Source: Camelus dromedarius (taxonomy: Eukaryota). From it: a stretch of DNA of 64,000 nucleotides. Positions within the stretch are counted from its first letter, which is position 1. The number at the start of each line of letters is the position of its first letter. The DNA is taken from positions 63,800,001 to 63,864,000 of the forward strand of contig NC_087436.1 of the NCBI RefSeq assembly GCF_036321535.1, read 5' to 3'. The notes under the pieces are model-generated. The model was not told where the DNA came from. It saw only the letters and a list, made by a program, of their open reading frames with translations, and did no database searches. Below, piece by piece: positions 55,291 to 64,000 of this stretch. Made by a program: the position numbers and the translations under genes.

Positions 55291-57504
55291 AATGAAAGGA
55301 GGTAGATAATATCATGGGGGCTATTTTTTAAAGGTGGTAAAGGAAGTGTGACAAAAGGAAAAAGTAGATATTAAATGAGAAAAAAAAAACTACAAAAATT
55401 AGAAGCACAGTCCAGGAGCTCCAACATTTAAACATTAAAATTTCTAAGAATTAAAGAATAAATTTAGAAAGGAAATAACATTTCTCTGAATGAAGAAAAA
55501 ATGTTTCCAAATTAAAAGGATCCATTGCCCAGTTAAATAAGTGAAAATATACTCTCAATAAATCATAGTACTGTGTAAATTCTGGCACTACATAAACCAT
55601 CATAAGCAATTCCAGTAATTAAAAATAAAAACAATGTCACATGAAATATGTGCTATCAGAATGGTATAGAACATATCAACAGAGACACTAGAGACAGAGG
55701 ACAATGTATCAGTATCTCTAATCTTCCTGGGGAAAATATTTGCAATATAAAATCCTATTTCCACCTGACATATCAGTCATCAGAAGAATAGAATAAAAAC
55801 ATTTCGGGCATACAAATACCAGAAAGTTTTATCTCCTATGCATCATTTGTCAGGAACCTACTAGGGAGTGTACTTCACTAGAATGTGGGAGTAAAACCAA
55901 AACAGGAAGAGATGATATCTAGGAACTGGGCAATTCAACACCAGAGAAAAGGGATTTCACAAAATTAAGGTAAAAGGAAGTCTCAAAAACAGCATCTATA
56001 TTTCAGCCTGGAGAGAAGTCTGTATTTTATAGGTAAAGACCTATAGGAGAGATGTCTCCAAGAAAAAAATTATTTAACTTTATATGGATAAATGTATCAA
56101 TAGGAGCATTATAGATTTTCTAAAAGTTTTAGAGTGTATTAGAGACAAACACATGGAAGACTTTGTACCCACCACCTAGAAAAAGTAACTACAGTGGGGG
56201 TGTGCAGGGTGGCCAGGTCATTGTATTAAGAGGTAATATAATCACGTTAACTATGAAAATGAATACTAACACAGGGTGCATTTCTTAAAGAAAAGCTTCC
56301 CTGTGTCCTATGAATGGAGCTCCACCTCTCATGCTTGGACTCGCAGCAATTCATCATCAGTTTTTTAGGAGCCCAATGCCATTCTCTTCCATGGAAGATA
56401 ACTAACATAAACCCTGTTACATAAAAATGCATTGATAAAATGATGTTTCCCTTCCTCTTTTCCTAAATTTTATATTAGATTATGTCATTCATCTGCTCAG
56501 ATTCCTGAATGGCTTCCCTTAATTTTCAGAAACAATTTCTAAATCTTTATTTAGCATTCAAAAACCTGACATTTTACCTCTACCTACTTTTCACAGCTCA
56601 CTTTACTCTTGACTCCCTGCCCCACACATGCCCATCCCCAGCTGCACAGTGAGCCATGTATGACATTTCATATCCCTACACCTTTGCACTTGTCATTCAT
56701 TCTGCTGGGAAACATCATCTCCAACATCACCAACTCCGTTTCTCTGTCTGCGTAATTCCCACTCTCTCTTCAAGTCTCCAAACAAAATTCACTCAGCATA
56801 GATATTTTCCTGAATATTTAGCTCAAACAGCTCTTCCTGCTCCTTCTCCAATGTTTTCTAACTCAATAAACAATATTAAAATCTAGTTTCCCAAATTCTA
56901 AGCCTGGATATTATTCAAAATTATTCCTTCCTCCTCTCTATGGCCCATGTGAAGTCAAGGGCTAAATTCCATCAATTCCACAGACATATCTTTCCAAGTA
57001 GATCTCATTTTTCTATCTCAACTGCCTGTCTCAATCTCAATTTAGAACATTATCATTTCTCCTCTAGAATATTACAGCAACCTGTGTCTTTTTTTCCTGT
57101 CTTGCCTCCTGCTCTAATCCATCACCCGTATGGAGCTAAATCAATAAAAGGCTTATATATTTACTGTTACCCCAGTTGAGAGGGAAATTTCAAACTGACT
57201 ACATCTAGTCCTATAATGGACATGAAAAAAGGCTGTCCTTTGCCACCACCACCAAATTGTCTAAATCTCTACTTTCTATCATAATAGAGAGCTCAAATAA
57301 AATCGTTAGGGCCACCTGTTTCTAGGTTCTTCACAAGTAACGAGATGATGGAGTTGAGGGAAAGCAAAAGCTGTGAGGCAAAAGTCATTCTGACTTGATG
57401 GCCAGTGAGCTGAGCACTGCAGATTTTAATATTGCATGGACAGTTAAAAGAAGGAGAGTTGGACACTGAGTCAAATTCTAAATAACTGCCTAGTACTTTA
57501 TATC

Positions 57505-57672
57505 CTTACTACTCAAAATGGTGTTCATAGATTACTAGTAATTTCATCTCTTGGTATCTTGGAAGAAATGCATAGTCTCAGGCTTCATCCCAATCCTACT
57601 AAATTAAAATAAGCATTTTAACAATGTTTCAGATGATACATATGTACATTACAGTTTGAGAAATTACTCTCT
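57505..57672. mobile_element. MER5A-like hAT MITE
   Basis: actcaaaatggtg...agaaatgca...ctcagg...gcattttaacaa...acagtttgagaaattact. Confidence 0.6.
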
Positions 57673-58489
57673 AAAAGAAAATTTTTTTACTAATCCACCA
57701 TGCCCTGCTCCACCCCTGTTCCAGGATTAAATGTCATCCCCTCATTTTCAGTTGTAATGGCTTTTTCCTCCTTTGTAAGTCTGAATCTTATCTAGTTTCT
57801 AGAAGTGGAAAAACTTGCTCTGCTAATGTGCATCTAAATCTTTCTGTCTGAAATCTTGGCCAGAATCTTCTTTTAAGTCCTAGTCTCTGTTTGTGCTTTC
57901 AGAATCTGTGAGTCATACTAACCAGAGTGATCTGGCAAGAGAAAAGGCCCTCCAGGTGCAGGTAAAAGAATCCATGAGTGCTAAGGGGCAGAGAAACTCA
58001 CAGAAAACAACAGTTTAAAATTTTGAAATTAGTCCTGACACCTGAATATATTAAAATACAAATATAAGTATGTCAGTCCACACCATAAAAAATCTTTGGT
58101 GGCAACTTGATGCTCTCAAGAGAAAGTACAGTCTCTTCAAAATGGCTTGCAAGGTTACACTGGACATTCAATATTTTATGGCCCACTTCCTCGACTTCTG
58201 ATTTTTCTCAGAGCAACCATACCTCTTCCACTCTCAGTCTATGTGCTTTGAATAAAGCTGGTTCCATCTTTAGTTCCAGGAGTGGACATGAAACCTAAAC
58301 CTGGACAATCTGAGCATGACCAGTATGACTAGACAGTGACATGCCCGTGCCCCAGGCCAGATCAGTCAGGATCAGAGACAATCACATGACTTTCACTTAA
58401 GAAAGGGAGTTGGTTTGAAATGTAGATGCTGGAGGGAAAACACACATATTCCAAGTGGTCATCAACCATAAAGTTAGGTGTGTCATTCT

Positions 58490-58562
58490 TTTATGTAAAA
58501 ATCACTCTCAATGCTTATGGAGTGCCGAGGTGCCCAAATCAAGGAATTGGTGGCCAAGTCCA
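58490..58562 (-). pseudogene. Exon remnant, putative LRR3
   Basis: After tcacAG it reads DLATNSLIWAPRHS, an LRR-like DLxxNxL pattern (recalled DLSCNKIRYIERQT). The 3' boundary is uncertain. Confidence 0.35.
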
Positions 58563-58769
58563 CTGTGATACTCATAAAATCTCACTTATGAATACGAGGC
58601 ACAATTTTAAAAGAAAACATTAGCAAGACAAATTCAGTAGTGTAGTAAAATAATAAGTAATGATTATCTGTTACACTTTTTCATATTACAGGGGAAAAAA
58701 ACCACTTGAAGAGGCTACCTCAAAGGATAGGCATTAATTTAAAAAATAAATTGCAATATAAGAATACAA

Positions 58770-59350
58770 CAGGCGAGTGTCCGCCGCTCCTACGTGCCCG
58801 CTGCTGTTTCGGGACCGCCGCCCAGTGACCGCTGCCGAGATGATGTGCGGTGCGCCCTCCGCCACGCAGCCGGCCACGGCCGAGATCCAGGCCGTCGCCG
58901 ACCAGGTGAAGGCACAGCTGGAGGAGAAGGAGAATAAGAAGTTCTCCCTGTTTAAGGCTGTGGAGTTCAAGAACCAGGTGGTCGCCGGCAGAAACTTCTT
59001 CATCAAGGTTCAGGTTGACGATGAGGAGTTCGTGCACCTTCGAGTATTTGAGAGCCTCCCACACGAAAACAAGCCCCCGGCCTTGGCCAGCTACCAGACC
59101 AACAAAGCCAGGCACGACGAGCTGTCCTACTTCTAGTCCCGGATTCTGACAGCCTGCCGCCCGCTGGCCCTCTCCTCTGCGGGCGTGTGCCTGGGCCGCT
59201 GCCCCTCGGGGTGGGGACGGGCTGCCCCTGGTCCTCTGTTCCTAACTTCCATCGTGTGCTTTTTCCTGCCAGTCAATGATCTTAACTAAATTGCTTTCAA
59301 GGACAGCTTGTGTTACCTTTAAATATATATATTTTCAGTCTTTAAAAAAA
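58770..59350 (+). pseudogene. CSTB: Processed (L1-mediated) CSTB mRNA insertion including 5'UTR and 3'UTR
   Basis: Intronless GC- and CpG-rich island in AT-rich DNA; short A tail at 59344-59350; TSD aagaatacaa at 58760-58769 and 59351-59360. Confidence 0.95.
58840..59136 (+). CDS. CSTB: Cystatin-B (stefin B) retrocopy, intact 98-codon ORF
   Basis: [15 protein letters not shown]...QVVAG...SLPHENKP...HDELSYF, with no introns, stops or frameshifts. The true ATG is at 58840 (gccgagATG); the ORF-track start at 58777 is an upstream GTG. Confidence 0.95.
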   Translation: MMCGAPSATQPATAEIQAVADQVKAQLEEKENKKFSLFKAVEFKNQVVAGRNFFIKVQVDDEEFVHLRVFESLPHENKPPALASYQTNKARHDELSYF

Positions 59351-59800
59351 AAGAATACAAGAACAGCTCCATAGCCAGGCTTCCAAAAGCCTGGGACACC
59401 TTTTAGGATACTACTGAAATTGCAGACAGACATTATTTGAAACTGGGCTGGTGTAGATGATTAAAGGCACTCCAGAGTTCTCACTGTGTTGTTATCCACC
59501 AGAAACAAGAATCCACTAGCCTTTTCTCCGCTGCTCTTCCGTTTAATTGACTCAGCTACCTTCTGGCTGTCCTCCTTCCTATGACCTTGATTCTACCCTC
59601 CTTCTTGATGTTTCCACTTACCATAGCACTTGTTGCTCATAACTTCCAACAAGCAAAAGTTTTAAAAAGACTGGAATATCTGACATATATCATGTTCCTG
59701 AATGATAAGATTAAATATTGTGAAGATGTCAATCCCCATCAGATTTATTAAATAATATATTACACTTATAAAGGAAACACAAGAGTTTTTCTTTAAAAGG

Positions 59801-59803
<3 letters not shown>

Positions 59804-59846
<43 letters not shown>
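59804..59846 (+). repeat. (TG)n microsatellite
   Basis: Directly visible. Confidence 0.95.
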
Positions 59847-59848
<2 letters not shown>

Positions 59849-60688
59849 CCTAAAATACATCTAAAAGAATAAAGTGAGGATAACAAAAATTAGTTTGGAA
59901 AATATTAATAAAGTAAGAGAAATCTACCATAAGCTATTAAAATATATTTTAAAGTTACAATTACAAAAACAGAGTGCTATTATGGCAAAAATATTAAAGG
60001 GCTATATACCCTCCAAAAACATCCTCTGTATTAATAATGAAAAAAGTAACATATTATAAATAAGGTAACACAAGTCAATAAAGAGATGAAGCTGAGAAAC
60101 AAATAATAATGAAAATTAGCCTAGAAATTAGGAGAAAGTTCCAAATAGATCCTCGCCTCACCTCAGACAACAAAATAAATCCCAGACAGATTAGGTTGGC
60201 AAATGTAAAAACCTATATAAAACCAGATATTCACCTTCAATAGAATTAAATAATTATAAATTAAAACAAAAAATAAACAGCATTCTTTTTTCACTAATCA
60301 AACAAGTAGGATCCCAGGAATAATAATTTGTATTGCTAGAATAGGTGCTGGAGATAGACACAATCATATACTCAGGTGAAAGTGTAATTGTTTATAACTT
60401 CTTTTTAGAAAATAAATTTTAGTTGAATAAAGAGATTCAAAAAGTTCATATCCTTTAACTAGACATTCTCCTTAAAGAAAACCAGAAATATGTGCAAATT
60501 ATGCATGTACAGAAATGTCCACTGCTCCATAATTTAACATAGCTTTCAAAAATTAAGTCAAAAATTCAAATATAAAAGATTATTTCCCTTGTAACATACA
60601 ATGCTTTTATAAGGACAAAAGTTATCAGTAATAACAGTTTTCCTTAAATATTGAACTATCTCCTAAAAATTTGATGTATGTCACTTAC

Positions 60689-60765
60689 AATTAAAATACT
60701 ATCTTGTCAGAGAATAATAATTCCAGGTAGTTTTTAATAATAGATGAGCTTTTGTTTACACCATT
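60689..60765 (-). pseudogene. Exon remnant, putative LRR1
   Basis: Donor ttGTAAGT. With one frameshift it reads NKSSSIIK/TTWNYYSLTR*, compared with recalled [21 protein letters not shown]. Acceptor not recognisable. Confidence 0.5.
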
Positions 60766-61158
60766 TACCAGTTTGAGGACATTACACATGGGGCCCTGCT
60801 TTCTGGGCTCCATTTCCTAGTAAGTAAGTAACAGGGGTAAAGAAAAGGTCCAACACTAAGGTCATTTTGAAGATTACATAAGCTGATAATAGTAGATGTT
60901 CAATTACTTTTATCCCTCCCCACACCCTCATATAAATCTGGATACCTAGTTTTACTTAGGAGACAACTGACTTTAAAAAAATATGATGATTTATCCATGG
61001 TGACACAAACATAAAGCAGCACATCTGTGATGAGAATCCAGGTCTCCAAGCTCTTCATTTACTGCTGTAGAGCAGACATGAAATATCAATGCTGGAACTG
61101 AGGTAGCCTGTAAATACCTGAATGCCTAAAGGACACCTTCCCACATGTTAACAATTAC

Positions 61159-61322
61159 CTTCTTGTTTCTGGTATCTGTGAAGCATTCTGACTTGGATGT
61201 GCCCCAACTTATTGTCTTGGTTCTCTTTTGTTTTTAATAGCAATTAAAATGCTGGCAATAATAACCCTTACTGGCATTTGAAATGCAAGAGAAGGCTTTT
61301 CTTGGCCATCTAGATTGGGTGC
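61159..61322 (-). pseudogene. Exon remnant, putative LRR N-terminal Cys cap
   Basis: Acceptor tctcctccttatatAG and donor aagGTAATT. Reads ...YYCQHFNCY*KQKRTKTISWG with shifted-frame SQIPE, compared with recalled LRRC37 CELCTCGDETLSCVG...RQVP. Confidence 0.6.
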
Positions 61323-61549
61323 CTATATAAGGAGGAGACTAGATAGTAAAGAAGAAGAATTTATCCCCAAAAGACCTCGCTTTTTTTTTTTTTTTTCCCT
61401 ATACCGCTGGGTGAATTGGTCTCTGTCAACTAAGAGTTAGTTTTAGAGATTCAATAACCCTAGGAATGTATTTGCTGAGTATTTTTAAAAAACCTTTTAT
61501 GAAGATAAAGATTATTACAGCAGCATCATTTTTGTATCTGCCTACTCAC

Positions 61550-61813
61550 CTTTGGAAAACAGGGATATGAAACCAGAATAGATTGTGCTTCATTCTGCAT
61601 GATTGTTCCGTGCTGTGTGGGAGAGCTGTGTGTGTTCTTTCTTGCATATCTTTGTGAAAATATATTATAGTGATCCTGTTGGCCTGAGAAGTGGTGGGTG
61701 TTGCGCCATGTGGAGTTCATAGTGTGTTTGTGGGAAGAAAAGCTGTAGGAGGCTGGTGTGATGTGTCGGGAACATGCATAAGTTTATGAGTTAAGGGTGA
61801 GTCAAGTATGTAC
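61550..61813 (-). pseudogene. Exon-like segment (264 nt) of the minus-strand gene
   Basis: Acceptor atgtttctgcctgttAG and strong donor aagGTGAGT; stops in all three frames. Confidence 0.6.
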
Positions 61814-61926
61814 CTAACAGGCAGAAACATTTTTTGTACAAGTGGGGAAAGATTTATTCTCAGTCTATCTGGAATTAGATTTGAGCCTACCCATTGGAAA
61901 ATCCAGGGAATCACTTCCAGCATTAC

Positions 61927-62013
61927 CTTCACAGTTAAATATAAACTGAAGGTAGCCATGGTAGCACAGAAGGGACCGATTTTCGAAGATATGGAAACAC
62001 TGTATTTCCATCA
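61927..62013 (-). pseudogene. Exon-like segment (87 nt, phase 1-1) of the minus-strand gene
   Basis: Acceptor gtttgctttcattctttggcAG and donor aagGTaatg; open in one frame: MEIQCFHIFENRSLLCYHGYLQFIFNCE. Confidence 0.55.
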
Positions 62014-63394
62014 CTGCCAAAGAATGAAAGCAAACGTCCTAATTTACCTTCAGTTTAGAAGCACTGTTGGGTTTTAACATGCTGTGCACAAAAGAACTTC
62101 GGTTTAAGAAAACAGAATGTATAGGATAAAGTTAGATTTCAGTATAGAATTATACTCATTTTAAATTTTAAAATTTTTCTTAAAAATATGTCATGTGTTT
62201 ACATCAATCAAAAATATACTTTAATTATATATTACTACTACTAATAATAATGCTGCATTTATTTACTAATCAATGTATTGCATATTAATTGAGAGTCTAT
62301 TCATTGTTTCTAGGTGTACAAAGTTAATAATATATCCTTCTGGCCCTGAATGTCTCTCTAAATTAAATGCAATGTTTTGTCTTTTTACTGCAGCGAATAG
62401 ATATCTCTATGCCTGTATTTCACCAAAAATACTGACATTCTAGTTTGCCATCTATTTCCACAACTAAACTACAAATTTTTGGAAGGATGGGTGATATTAT
62501 ATTTTTGTTTGTATGCTAATCCTAGTAGATCTAACATAACATGTAATACAATGCAGGCATTCTATAAATATTGGTAAGTTTGAGTTCATACAAAATGAAC
62601 ATGGAATAACTGAGGTATGTATAAAATATCAGGAATTAGAGAAAAAGGAAAAAGAAGGCAAGAAATTGTTTAAATCATAGAAACCTGAGTCTTGATGAAT
62701 GACCAACAGTTCCTAGCATAGGTCTTGCAACTCGTTTGTCTTCCTGAAGCACTATAGCACTAATTCCTACATCAATCCCCAAAACGTCTTATTCCTACCT
62801 ACAGAAAGAAGAGATCCGGTAGTCAGCTTTACTGGCTCCTCCACAAAGATGGCTTCCTGGGAAACTGTGTAGCATTGAGTCAAATTTGAAGAATAACATA
62901 AAAAGAAGCCGAACTCATTTTCAGCCATCAGCCACGTCAAAGAGATGCTTCATAATTAAATAAAACAAGGTAAAAAAATTCTAACTATTGATACCCTAAA
63001 TAATAATGTTTTATTTTATTCATACATTCGTTCATTTTGCAAAATATATGTGGACCTACTAAGCACCAGCACTGTTCAAGGTTGGGCGTGTGGCGAGAGA
63101 GTTTTTTCAAATTCCTTTCATTTCTTTCCAAGGGCAGAGACTGGGTTGGGGATGGCATACTTCATTCAGGACAGTAAAGAGGACACATTTATCCAGTTTT
63201 TAATAAATACATTCTAAAACGTAGCACAAATGATTACAAAACAAAGTGAACATTTTAAGAGAAAATGTGTAGATATTATAAACGTTTTTCCCTTACTATA
63301 GTCACTTAACCTGACTTAGGAGGTGCGAAGGGATCTACACATCGGGGTGGGGGACTCAACAGAGCCTGTTTAACTTATTAAGTTCAACAGTCTA

Positions 63395-63712
63395 AAAAGT
63401 CTACAAATAATAAATACTGGAAAGGGTGTGGAGAAAAGAGAACACTCATATATGTTAATGGGAATATAAATTGTTGTAGCCACTATAGAAAACAGTATGA
63501 ATGTTCCTTAAAAAACTAAAAATAGTTACCATAAGATCCAGCAACCTTACTCCTGGGTATATATCCAGAAAAATCAAAAATTCTAATTCAAAAAGATATA
63601 TGTACCCCAATGTTTGTATCAACACTATTTACAATAGTCAAGACATGGAAACAACCCAAGTGCTCATGAACAGACAACTGGCTTAAGAAGATGTGGTATA
63701 TATAGGTGTGTG

Positions 63713-63750
<38 letters not shown>

Positions 63751-64000
63751 ATACATATTATATAGAATATACATATATAGAATATATGGATATAGAATAT
63801 ACATGTGTAGAATATACATATATATATTAAAATGAAATACTACTAAGCCAGAAAAAAGAATGAAATAATGCTATTTACAACAAAACGGATGGATCTAGAG
63901 AATACTATACTTAGTGAAGTAAGTCAGAAAAAGACAAATACTATATGATATCACTTGTATATGGAATCTAAAAAATAATACAAATGAATCTTTGTACAAA
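63395..64000 (+). mobile_element. L1 3' region (ORF2 end and 3'UTR) with internal TA-rich microsatellite, running off the window
   Basis: aaatactggaaagggtgtggagaaaagagaacactc...gaaaacagtatg...aagaagatgtggtatata. Confidence 0.9.

Larger units (their letters stand above)
5173..62798 (-). pseudogene. Decayed multi-exon LRRC37-family (leucine-rich repeat, type-I membrane) gene; probable unitary or ancient pseudogene
   Basis: More than ten minus-strand segments, many with polypyrimidine-AG acceptors and GT donors. Manual translations with stops and frameshifts resemble successive parts of LRRC37A/B as recalled, in the correct order. The strongest match is SCLCIL*TFSGKVVCKTVKL (51866-51925) versus recalled CCLCQFKNSIEAVCKTVKL. 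Confidence 0.72.

Noticed and set aside
58720..59115. 131-aa and 90-aa minus-strand ORFs
   Set aside because: Antisense shadows of the GC-rich CSTB coding sequence.
61550..61600. STIYSGFISLF resembling a C1q-domain C-terminus
   Set aside because: No other C1q motifs at the expected spacing.
62685..62790. Minus-strand DVGISAIVLQEDKRVARP resembling Gypsy RNase H
   Set aside because: The catalytic DAS motif is absent and there is no flanking RT or integrase remnant.
1..64000. Prokaryotic systems (operons, CRISPR, defence islands)
   Set aside because: The sequence is clearly mammalian (L1, MIR, MLT elements, processed pseudogene) with no dense ORF structure.

Overview
This is AT-rich mammalian genomic DNA. 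It is probably cetartiodactyl and most likely camelid, inferred from the L1 3' tail style, the cystatin-B protein and the apparent absence of Alu, B1, SINEC, BovA and PRE-1 SINEs. It is full of L1, L2, MIR, MaLR/ERVL LTR and MITE remnants. The only intact protein-coding frame is a young processed copy of cystatin B (58840-59136, +) with target-site duplications (TSDs). The main signal, not visible in the ORF track, is a heavily decayed multi-exon gene on the minus strand spanning about 5.2-62.8 kb. Its exon remnants read, in collinear order, like an LRRC37-family type-I membrane protein: Cys cap, about six LRRs, a CLC...VCKTVKL C-cap, two copies of the LRRC37A/B C-terminal domain, a transmembrane segment, a tail and a polyA-bearing last exon. 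Other notable items are a TSD-flanked 3-kb ORF1-only (HAL1-like) L1 derivative, a tailless half-tRNA-Lys retropseudogene with a possible 5' leader, and a 240-bp direct repeat. All family assignments come from recalled sequences and manual translation; no alignments or database searches were run.
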